Assembly (NCBI GenBank): GCA_008632985.1
Contig: QPGO01000028.1
Location: forward strand, 1 to 64,000
DNA: 64,000 nucleotides
From: Psammoneis japonica
Taxonomy: Eukaryota
Direction: 5' to 3'
The first letter of the stretch is position 1, and each line of letters opens with the position of its first letter. Under the pieces are notes generated by a model. It did not search any database. It was not told the DNA's origin and saw only the letters and a program-made list of their open reading frames with translations. Below are positions 13,162 through 23,435 of the stretch, one piece after another. The position numbers and the translations under genes are program-made.

Positions 13162-13162
13162 A

Positions 13163-13945
13163 TGATCCAAAAAATGGGTTCATCAAGGATGGTGTTCTCA
13201 AAGCACAGGTTCAAATTGACATCCCCACACAGCTCATTTCATGATGTCCCTCCAACACCATCAAAAATGACCTCATTGGTCATTTCAACAACAAGGACTT
13301 GGAGAATTTGTGAGCTTTTATGTGCACCGGTTTCCATGCTTTCTAAAATTGCAGCAGAGTTTTGATCCAGCAAGGACAAAAAGCTTGAAATTGCCAGTTT
13401 TGACCTGACAATTTTTGGATCATTTCTCTGGACTTTGTGTGGTGCAAAGGGCAAAAGTTGAGTGTCAAAACCATCATCGTGGGGCTGCTCAAAGCTGGAG
13501 TTGATCACAGAAGAGAGCCTCACAGAATCTGCCATTCCAGCCAACAAGGCATCCAACGTGTTTTTTCTCTTGCAGGAGGAGTTGTCCTCTCCCCAGGGAG
13601 GTTGCCACATGTGTGCGGGCATTTTTGTTGCCACAACAACCAGCAGGCTGCAAGGAAACCCCATGCACATCATTCCTTGGAGTCACCTCAGTCACCAGAC
13701 AAAATGAGGGCTGCTGCTCTGTGAAGAGAAAGTTTGGTTGGGGGGGGGCTCAATGTGGGCAGCACTCATGAAACATGCTGGTCAACAAGGACCTCAAGGT
13801 GCAGCAGCAGGCACCAACCAGCTCCACAACCATGATGTCACAGCTCTTGTCACAGACACACTGGCTGCAAAGGCCAAACAAAGGATTGTTTGCACCAGTG
13901 CATGTCAGATCTGCCTGGACCGGGTTGGACTTGGGTCAGCAAGTG
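13163..13945 (+). pseudogene. Hypermutated MATH-BTB-SAP relic 1 with 3' flank
   Basis: DPKNGFIKDGVL...PSNTIKNDLIG, KIAAEF...IFGSFL and SLESP...KMRAAAL align to 22228-23435. 13915-13944 matches 23552-23581. Confidence 0.8.
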
Positions 13946-14094
13946 TCGTTGTTTGCAACAACAAGAACAATGAACCAGCGCTGCACATGTGTCCACAGAG
14001 ATGGTGCAGTGGACAGACACATGGCATTGTGCTGCAATGGCATGTGCCTCAAGGCTGCTGCAGGCAGCAAACAGTCAAAAATCTGTCTCTGTGA

Positions 14095-14835
14095 TCATGG
14101 CAACAGGCAGTGATGGCAACATGGAAGTCACAGTCAACATTGGAGGCAGTGATGTGCTGTCTTTGAAGTGAACAATCTGCTTCAAGTTTCACCACTTTGA
14201 AAATCTCCCTCATGCAAGTGGGAAGGGAGTCACTTCTCCAACATTTCTTTGTCATGGATGTTGCTGGGCAGTTGAACTCTTCCCATGTGGAGACCAGCCA
14301 ATTGTCCCGTGTTGTGTGTTGCTGGCTTTGTGGTGTGTTGGCACCCAGGTGAATTGATTGATGCAGAAATCACATTGCAAGCAGGTGGGTGCATGGAAAG
14401 CACTTTTCATTCTTTTGCAGCATCAAGCAAAGTTTGTGGGTTGAGGGATTTACAAAACATGACAATGTGACTCATCCAGACCATGAGTGCCTTGCAAGTG
14501 GTGTGTTTGTCATGAATTGTTTCATTCAGATTTGTCTTCCAAAGCAAAAGATTTGGCATCCTGGTGGCACGTTCAAAGACAACATGGCAGCTCTGCATGG
14601 ATCTGAGAAATTCAAAGACGTCACCTTTTCTGTTGACGGCAAAACAATTCAGGCTCACCAGGCCCTCCTGGCAGCTCGTGCCATGCAGTTCACTGAAATC
14701 TTTGATTGTGGCTTGTTTGCACCTTGAAGCACTGACCGTCCAAGTTCCCAACAGCATTTTGTGTGGTGAGTTGCTCTGCACTGTGATGGTGTTGAGCGCA
14801 AACAGCTCTGTGCGAACCACTCATTTTGGCTTGTT
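14095..14835 (+). pseudogene. Hypermutated MATH-BTB relic 2 with 3' flank
   Basis: 14105-14240 aligns to 9770-9905. CHGCCW...LFPCGD corresponds to CHGYLW...LYPRGD, and KFKDVTFSVDGKTIQAHQALLAARA is the BTB start. 14710-14830 aligns to 10197-10315. Confidence 0.8.
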
Positions 14836-16530
14836 GTGCGGAAGAACAGGATCATCAGTGCCAGTGAAAGACAGCAAAACTGACAGCACACATGTTTTGG
14901 AGTCATGTCTTCCCAACCATTCTGTCATCCAAGCCATTTTTTGAGTCACCTCTGCGCTGTGATGCCATGGTGTGATTTGACACCATGCACTCTCCAGCAA
15001 AGCAGGATCACAAAGAAAGAAAATGACAATGTGTGACTTGACTCTGACCATTCCATGGTTGCCAAGGCTCTAAAAGCCTCACCAAGGCCAAGTGCATGGT
15101 CCAATTGCAGTTGAAGTGCCCTCCTCCATCAAGCATGTGCTCTGCCTGGATGAGCTCAATGGCAGTGCACTTTGGCAAGATGCTGCACACTGCCTCAACC
15201 ATTGGCTGCACCAACTTTGCCATTGCTCTTGAAACACATGCATCCACTGTGTGGCATTCAATGGACCCACACAAAGGACACTTGTCATCTTTGGGCACCT
15301 TGAGAAGTTCCCAAAGTGCCAAGCATTTGTTGATCCATTACACTCCAAGCTGCCAGATGCTGAAGCACTTGACACCACAAACTGCAAAAAGATGTGCATC
15401 CCCCCCCCTCTCCAGGAAAGCCAGCAACCATGAGCTTCCAGTGGCCACACCCACAACAATGTCTCAGCACCCATTGCTTGGTCACTGACACACAGTCATG
15501 TTTGTCAACAACACCTCCATGAAATTGACCTGTGAGCTGTGGTCTGCATGAGGTGAACCCCAGCCAAGCATGATTTCCCAAAGCAAGAGCAAAGAGTCAA
15601 TGACACACCCAAAAAACATTGAGAAACCTGAGTCCAGCTCCTCCAACAATGGATCCACCACCACACATGACCTGACTGCCAAGGAGAAGATTGTTGCTGC
15701 TGTTTTTTCAGAGAGCCCTGACATGTGCTCAATCATGACCAAATTTCAGTGACTGCTGACTGTGTCATCCATGTCATCATGGGGACTGGGGAGAAATTTG
15801 GTGGTCAAACCAGTTGGATGTGCTGACACAATGTGTCACATGCCCCCCAACATTTGTCTTGATGATGTTTGAAGACAATGCGCCAGCACCAAAAATCCAT
15901 GGCCATGTGCCCAGCCAAGATCTCCCCAAGAGAAGATTTGCGGCTGAGATTTCTGGCTTGAAATGGGGAGCAATGTTGCAAGAGATCATGATGGGTTGTC
16001 AGGAGTGCATGCTCCAACACCTTGCTCCAGAGTCTGATGCTTGCAGCACTTGGTGCGCCACAATGCTGCTCATGTTTTTGGAGCAAAGTGTGGCCAGAAG
16101 CTGCCGCGCCTTGTGCTGGAAAATCCTTTGATCTGCTTGTTCACAGCACCCAGCAATTTGACATCACTGGCTTGCATCCTTTTGTTGACTGCCATTCCAA
16201 GCTCTTTGGGCAGCCTGGCTGGTCGAGGAGGGCGAGCCTCTTTCTGCGATGGTTGCCATGCCTCCTCTCACACAAAAAGCTGTGTGCCTCTCATTTTGTG
16301 GTGTGTTGTTCTGTTGCAAAGATTTTGCAGTGACCTTCAGCCCAGTTGTTCATCCAGATCACACTCGAGTCATCTCCAGTGTTTCCCAATGGCTTCCATG
16401 GACAAGGGGGCCGTGACGTTTTCGCACAAATGACACGCGACTGGCCATTTGCGACGCGCTCTCAGCACGCGCCAGCGCATCGCGCACATGCGCGAGTTGA
16501 GTTGACAGCACAGCAGGGCGATCCAGGAAA

Positions 16531-16820
16531 CTTCGAAGACTTCGAAAGATTCCACATTCCATGACATTTCTGTAAATTGTTCTACGTGCAGAGCTCGCAG
16601 GTTGTTGGCACTCAACAAATGAGGGGCAACAGATGAAAGTTCAAACAAATGTGTTGTGTGTTCGAAGCTTTTGAATGTTGTTCGAAGTGTTCGAATTTTT
16701 GTCGAAAACATGTTGCCCTCCAAAGATTTTGATTCATGTCACCTGTTGTTCGAACTTTTCACATTGCCCTTTTGGTCACTTCGAACTTGTTCGAACAAGT
16801 TCGAAGTGTTCGAACAAGTT
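16531..16820. repeat. Left subterminal TTCGAA palindrome array of the Harbinger
   Basis: Many TTCGAA copies, several at 9-10 bp spacing (16780-16815). Confidence 0.85.
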
Positions 16821-17237
16821 GAATGGCAGATCTCGCACTGCCTGCACGCACAACCACTGCACAATGGAATCGCGCTTTTGCTTGCATTGCCCAAAGACAC
16901 AAAGGAAGAAAAAGCATCCACGACACGATGTCCAACCTCCATTTTAATTTTTTCGAACGAGACGACAAGTGATGCCAATTGCTGTCGAGGTGCTGCATCT
17001 TCGGTCGCGTCATAAGTCACCAATCAGATTGCCGAAGGCCATCTGCCTCAAGATGCTGCATGCCGGCAGTGCTGTGCACGTCATCATTTATGTCGCGTTG
17101 CGGCGACGTGGCAAAACGAGAATTCCGGATGTTCGGTGAGTGCAAAAACCCGCACAAAAGCACGGCCACAACAAAATCACGCACAAAAGCAAAGCACCAG
17201 ACTCTTCATTCTTTGTTTGATCACATCGATGAGTGGC

Positions 17238-17448
17238 ATGCGAAAAGACAGTGACGACTGGAATCCAGTCAAAGAGCAGATTGCAAGCGGCCTGTTTGAC
17301 CTTTCGAAACACATCCCACACCGCCAAATTCTCGATTGCAACGTGGAGCAAGGAAATTGGGAAAAAGACAAGCACAAGCTTCCGGCATTTTCAACAAGTT
17401 GCCGAAACCTTGTCAATTCATTACGAACTGAGAGACAGCTTGAATCGG
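17238..17448 (+). CDS. Probable first exon of the Harbinger accessory gene, carrying TA-type mutations
   Basis: MRKDSDDWNPVKEQIASGLFDL...KHKLPAFSTSCRNLVNSLR is followed by a GTAAGT donor at 17449. His/Cys sit where Tyr would be plausible. Confidence 0.45.
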
Positions 17449-18364
17449 GTAAGTGCGTTTTGTCTTCATCCCCGGCTTCTTCGGATTTTCTGGACTCACG
17501 ACCGTTGCGTCTCGCATTGTTGCTCGTGCTCGCCCGCCGCGGATGCCGCACTGTGGAGGTAGACGGAAAGAATACAACCCTGGGTACAACTGCGTAGGGT
17601 CTAGTGCTTCTTCTACAGGGTCACCAGGAAAGCACAGACACCGACTTCCGCTACATCAACCTGCAGCACCCTCCAAGACGCGCAGCTGCGAAGACAACCA
17701 AAAAAGAAAACGATCGCGACAATGGCCTCCCTTGCGTCGCTGACATCTACATCTGTTTTTGCCGTATTTTCCCGTTTCTTTTCGCAGCATTCGGAGCTTT
17801 TATACAAGCAATGTGATGGGCTAGTGGTGCTGGCGTTGAGTTCAATCCGTCGAGGCGGATTTGTCGCTGAAGGTGCAGTGCAGAAATTGTGAGAATGCAG
17901 CATCAACATGACGGATTTTTGTGATGTGCTGTTGTATCTTTGGTGTTGTTTCTCACTTCTTGTCATCATTTTGACGTATGTGCCATAAGGTGTCCACGGG
18001 GCTTGGGTTTTTATGGTGCTGACTTTCTCTTCGGAGCTTATCGTTGAATAATCAAAATTGAGCTGCCACTGGAATTTATGGTAAAGAGTTGGCGGCGGTG
18101 ATGTCTCAACATCCCTTGGGCCGATTTTCGCGATTCTTGTTTCATTGTTGATGGAAATTGTACAAGGAATCCAAGAGGCTTGGTTTTGTTGTGCAAAATT
18201 CCATTCTGTGCAGATGGATTTATTGGATGCCGTGCGCACAGAAATGATGCTTCAATTGGAAGGGGCGCTCCAGCGATGTTGTGGATTGAACAAGGAAGAA
18301 TGAAGCCCTAGACACGCACTGCATGTAACAAGAATGTTAAGTGTGAATGTCAAACATGGCACGG

Positions 18365-18680
18365 GGTTTTTTACGTCAGTTGATCGTGTCGGGTTGCCTT
18401 GATTTGACAGAACATTCCACGGCACCAACCGGTTTGACATGTAGCTGGAAATCGGCTTCCTCCAGTGTTCCAACCAATTTGACCTTGCTTGCATGGGCAA
18501 GCTGTTGTCGCCTGGTTCGGGTGTTCCATACGCCTTTAGACCCATCCACCACGACATCGTTGGGGGTTGTTTGAATGGCCTCTGGTTGGTGAAGTCTTGT
18601 TCACATTGACAAGTCACCCCGCCAAGAAATGACGTGAGTGCTATCAAGGTTGGCTTGTAATACTTTTTAGACGGCATGGT
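18365..18680 (-). mobile_element. Fragment resembling the N-terminus of stramenopile Crypton-type tyrosine-recombinase proteins, nested in the Harbinger
   Basis: WMGLKAYGTPEP...QARSNWLEHWRKPISSYMSNRLVPWNVLSNQGNPTRSTDV resembles, from memory, the AYG..P...RS..L...KKAIS.FM......W.....GNPTRS..VN block of oomycete/diatom CryptonS-like proteins. No catalytic domain is seen. Confidence 0.5.
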
Positions 18681-18867
18681 CTCGGTTGTATTGTTGCATA
18701 AATCTATCAAAAACGCGACGTACCATGCAACAACCCGGTTGTTTCGATACGGGAAAAATTCCCGTGCTTCCTCCACAAGAACACGGAAGATACGGTCGCT
18801 GAAGTGGGGTAACGGTCAGTACAATGTGTAGAATTCAACGGAGAAATACTACGGAATACAACATGGG

Positions 18868-20375
18868 TTGTATTCCCGGGATAATGTACCGGTAGATACT
18901 GACGCCGCGCGGAGAGACGGCGTGGAGGAAATGAAGACACCAGCGAAAACAACGAGGTCAGGAGAGGAGGTCATCACGAATGACGAATCAACGGTGAAGA
19001 ACCCCGTCCACATCATACCTTGGACGGACTCCAATCTTGATAAGAGAATTCTTGTTATCGCCACTCTTCCTTCTGGAGTATTCGGTAACGATGTTGAGGC
19101 ATACATTGACCAGCAACGGACGCTGGTTATCGAGCTCCGAGAACCAAGTTTGTTCAACGATCCGAAGTTGCTCCTTGACGACATTGATCCGAATACCGGG
19201 CTTCCCTTTTGGAACTCAGGTCATGCAGTTATTTCTTCTTTCAAGGAATGTGTCAAGAAAAAGAAAAGGTCGAATGGATCCAATACAGTCCCAAAAAACA
19301 CTGAACGTATCGAGCTTGATGAACCGGTAGAAAATCAGTTCTGCGATTTTGACGTCCCTTACGCCTTTCAATTGAAGACGTATCCAGAGCAACGATTGAT
19401 GGTTGTAATTGCTAGTCTCAGGTAAGTCACAGCTTGTCTACTGCATCAAAATTTTGGCATGGTGCTGAACATTTTTACTTTTTGCTCTATCAATTTTTTT
19501 ACTGGTGCTGCTCGTAGGGTCGTACGAGACAACTACCAACGAACCGCGGTTGTCGAGCGCTTGCACACGCAGCAAGGGACAACGATAGTTCCGTGGGGGT
19601 CTCCCAACATGACACAGAATGTGATAGCTGCCATGATGCAAAATATGGCGATTCAGCAACCCCAACAAGGAATGGGATTTGGAGCATTTGGGGGGCAGCC
19701 GATGCATTATGGAGGTCAGCAGCCTCAGGTAAACCCATGTCAATTCGGTTTTGCTGCTTTTCCTGGTGTCCCTCCAAATCAAGCGGCTTTTGCTGGTGCC
19801 AACGTAGTGCCACCGGCTTATGGTGGTGGTGCCAACGTGGCGCCGCCAAACCCTGCTCAGCCGCCTTTCATGCCCCCCCCCCTGCCCATGTTCAACCACC
19901 GCCCCCGCAGCAGCAGCAGCAGCAGCAGCCAGCAATGCCTCCCAACCAGCAGGCCAATGCAGCCGGCCCCAATCAGAATCCGCCGCCGCCGCCACAGCAG
20001 CAGCCTCCCAATCAGAATCCGCCGCCGCCACAGCAGCAGCCTCCCAATCAGAATCCGCCGCCACCACAGCATGTTGGAGGCAATAATGTTGTGCCGCCGC
20101 AGCAGCAGCAGCAGCCGGCTTTTGGTGGGGGCAACATTTTCATGCCGCCGCCGCAGCCTCCCCAGCAACAGCAGCAGCCTCCGCCTCCTGCTGCTCAAGG
20201 TCGGGCTCAAGCGGCCCGTCCGAATCAGAATGCTGTACCGCCGCAGCAACAGCAGCAGCCCCCGCCTCCTGGTCCTCATTTCGTCGATGGTGCTCAAGGT
20301 CGGGCTCAGCGTCAACGAGTTGATCCTAACGCTACTACTGTCCGCTCTGGCAGGCGTCGCCCGAGAGGGAATTAG
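18868..20375 (+). CDS. Harbinger accessory ORF (3' part) with long Pro/Gln-rich C-terminus
   Basis: ORF 18868-19421, intron 19422-19517 (GTAAGT...CGTAG) joins it in frame to VVRDNYQRT. A frameshift in the C run at ~19873-19882 leads into PPQQQPPNQN repeats that end at 20375. Confidence 0.6.
19968..20070 (+). repeat. Coding tandem repeat, 33-36 bp x3 (CCCAATCAGAATCCGCCGCCGCCACAGCAGCAGCCT)
   Basis: Three consecutive units are visible and encode PNQNPPPPQQQP. Confidence 0.9.
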
Positions 20376-20603
20376 TGGATTGGTGTAGCAGACGGGGGAA
20401 GATATTAGTCACTAGGGAATAATATTGTATAGTGGTAGAAATGCTTGTAGTATTGTCTTATTGACTAAATTAAAAGTAAACTATGGTTCTCGAGAAGTCA
20501 TTAGTGGATTTGTCGCGTGGACAGGAGAAGATACAGTTGCAATACTGAATTTTGGAGCGGTAGAAATGCCACTGTAATAGTCATCTTATAGTTTAAAACA
20601 GAA

Positions 20604-21558
20604 TTAAACTACGGTGCGATATTCCTCCACAGAATATAATGGGTGCTCATTTTCAAGGTCAAGTTGTGTGATGACTGCAACGGCGCTGAAGACATCTTGG
20701 TGCTTTTCGATCCGATGACGAAAAACACGATTCAAAACACCCCACTGCTTAAAGCGTCTGTTCGCGGTTTCGTGTCTCGATCGTACACTGTACTGAATGC
20801 TATTGTCCTCCTGAGGCGTAACAATGTATTTGGGCTCCCCTCTATAGCCCTTATCTGCTTCGACCATCTCACCTTCATCCAGTTCATAAATGAGATTTTG
20901 TTTGAAGATTAAAATGTCGGTGAATCGTCCACAGGGAAATGGGCCGTTTATCCACACAATGTCCCCAGTCATGATATTGATTGCAATCTCATAACGAACG
21001 GCAGGGCCGTTAAACTTGAATGACCACCAGCCGCTCCAAAAGGGTTTCCAATCATAGATACGGTAATCTGTGCAATCAACCGTGACCTTACAGATGTTTC
21101 CGACATCGCCTCGGAAACGATTCGCCCAAAGAATCTGTGTAAGGCAAATCCCACAAGAGGAAGAATGAGAATTTATGAGAAAAAAAAGCGAATCACACAA
21201 GGTCTTTGACGCTTACAACTGAGTATTGCTGTTCGCTAATTGCAACGACAAATAACCAGCACCACTTGCGATACGTCTTTTCATCTACTGCTGCTTCATT
21301 CGTGCTTGCGAGAGTGCAAAGCACGGACTCTGCACAGTAGAGCTTCAAAAACAGAAGGGCCCACAGCAAGTGAACCAAGCGAGCACCAACCGGCATTGAA
21401 TGGAAAGGATCAATCATGATCCAGAGTCGAACGCAATTATACGGACTGGTGCCGAAGTGAGCATGAAATCTTATCTCATCAACAGCGGAACGCACGACAA
21501 GACTTCTTTTCATGAGGCCTTTCCCAATGTCCAAAAACGAGTCTGGTGAGACCGTCAT
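20604..21558 (-). CDS. PIF/Harbinger DDE transposase (DDE_Tnp_4-like), 2 exons, 290 aa
   Basis: Exon 1 is 21558-21217, a phase-0 intron spans 21216-21135 (GTAAGC...ACAG), and exon 2 is 21134-20604. Motifs VTVDCTD, WINGPFPCG..D, EADKGYRG and RSRHETANRRFKQW are present and the frame is intact. Confidence 0.9.
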
Positions 21559-21828
21559 AATGCAACTTTCGTACTGAATCTCTAATACAGTATTTGAGTG
21601 CTGAGAGGAATGGAGCGTTACTTGTCGCTTCGATTGTACGTACCGTATCTCATCATCTCATTGATAGAAGAGAGCACAAAACAACAACGTGAGATATCAT
21701 ACCGTATCGCGCGTGTACTAGTCTACCAGCAGTACAGTACACTACATCATTCGGCTACGGATGTCATCGTGACATCATCATTCGTCTCCCCTGCCGTTAC
21801 TGTACTATTTTTATTTAAGAAAAAAAAC

Positions 21829-22040
21829 TTCGAAAGTGTTCGAAGTACTTCGAAGTGTTCGAAGTATTCGAACACTTCGAACAACTTCGAACACTTCGAA
21901 CTTTCTTTGGGGCAGTATAAAGGGCAATAGAGAAAGAAATTTTACAATGTTCGAAGCTTTTGTCCATCCTACACGAGGTCCACGTAGAGATATATAAATA
22001 GGAATTAGGAATCTCTTAAATATTTTTCGAAACTTCGAAG
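21829..22040. repeat. Right subterminal TTCGAA palindrome array of the Harbinger
   Basis: 8 TTCGAA copies at 9-10 bp period in 21829-21900, plus copies near 21950 and 22026-22039. Confidence 0.9.
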
Positions 22041-22227
22041 TTTCCTGGATCGCCCAGCTCACAATCCAAAGCGTTCTTTTTTTCAAACTGAAACCGCCAT
22101 CAAAACTCAAAACACAACGGCAAAACTGGAAACAAAGCCAACGGCGGACCAAAAAGAAAAGATCAGCAACGGAAAAAGCAAAAGAATAAGAGGCTGCAAA
22201 GCAAAGAAGAGACTTCAATAAGAAAGC

Positions 22228-23435
22228 ATGTTGCATCGCATGGCGCAAGAGATGATTCTCAGCTGGCTGTTGCCTTTCTTGCTCGGGATGGCTCTGACCA
22301 TCAAAGCTCTGACAAGGAACGAAAGCAAGAGGAGAGCCAGCTCTTGTTTTACATTTCGAGACTTTGCAAATCGTCCGCACGATCGTGATGAGATGGAATG
22401 TTCTTTCCCCGTTTTATTCCGTGACAATCTTTGGCGGTTGATTCTCTACCCCGGGGGCAGCAAAACCTCTGATGCAGAGACGGCTCATGTCTCGATTTAT
22501 CTGAAACGCGCGCACGCCGACCATGACCCAGTCAATGTGCAAATCACATTTCGAGTGGGTGGAGGTCGTCTTGTCAGAGAAATCAGTCAGACGATCGGTG
22601 TTGAAACTTGTTGGGGATTCGCGGATTTTGCCACTCGTGCTTACATTCTTGATCCCGCGAACGGATGCATCCAGAACGACGCCCTTGACATAGAGGTTGA
22701 CATTCAGATCAACTCGCCCACACAGCGCATTTGTTGGTTTCCCTCTAACACCATTAAGAAAGACCTCATTGGTCTACGAAATAACGAGGCCTTGGCGGAC
22801 GTAACATTTTTGGTCGGCTTGAAATCATTTCAAGCTCACAAACAAATTCTCGCTGCTCGGGCGCCCGGGCTTTTCGAAATTGCAGCAGAGTTTGAATCCG
22901 GTGCAGACGACAGGCTTAAGATTGTCAATGTCGATCCATCAATCTTTGGGTCTTTCCTGGGCTTCTTATACTCAGACGAGCTCCCAGAGGACATGAACAT
23001 CGAAACGGCCATGGGATTGCTCGAAGTGGCTGACAAGTACAACTGCTCTAACCTGAAGCTCGTCGTCGAGTCAGCGCTCGCAGAATCTCCATTCCAGTTG
23101 ATGAGGTAGTGAACTTTCTTGTTTTTGCAGACAGCAAGAACTGTCCTCTCCTCAAGGAGGTTGCCATGGACCTTTTCGTTGCCAACAACCAGGCCGCAAT
23201 GAAATCCGATGCGTTTCAGTCGTTGGAGTCACCTGAATTGATCCGGGAGTTAATGGCAGCGGTTACAGGCCCACGGACCTATGCCGAAGACGTCCCAGAA
23301 AAGATGAGGGTCGCCACTCTGCGAAGAAAGCTTGACGAGGCGGGGCTCGACGTGGACGGCACTCGTGAAACACTAATTAGGCGTCTCAAGGCACATGCAA
23401 CAACTAGCTCCACCACCGTGGCGCCGCAGCTCTAG
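22228..23435 (+). CDS. MATH-BTB/POZ-SAP domain protein (one frameshift at ~23090)
   Basis: WRLILYPGG (MATH), ADVTFLVG...AHKQILAARAP (BTB) and MRVATLRRKLDEAGLDVDGTRETLIRRL (SAP-like). Confidence 0.85.

Larger units (their letters stand above)
13163..17420. other. TA/CG-depleted hypermutated domain D3
   Basis: About 5 TA counted by eye in 13165-16550. The left edge at 13162 is sharp. TA loss with CG retention extends to ~17420. Confidence 0.9.
16517..22054. mobile_element. PIF/Harbinger DNA transposon, full length (5538 bp), TSD CAG
   Basis: TIR GGCGATCCAGGAAACTTCGAAG at 16517-16538 and its reverse complement at 22033-22054. CAG lies at 16514-16516 and 22055-22057. The empty paralogous site at ~33320-33352 has a single CAG. 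The element encodes a DDE transposase and a convergent second gene. Confidence 0.93.

Noticed and set aside
13163..16515. Classical RIP or simple 5mC decay as the full explanation
   Set aside because: RIP raises TpA and CpG decay does not consume it. The alignments show TA->TG/CA changes.
19438..20315. Minus-strand Ala-rich and Arg/Leu-rich ORFs
   Set aside because: These are shadow frames of the CAG/CCG-rich plus-strand Pro/Gln coding repeat.
21829..21900. TTCGAA repeats as heat-shock elements or a stand-alone satellite
   Set aside because: They are mirrored at both ends just inside the TIRs and are better explained as transposon subterminal repeats.
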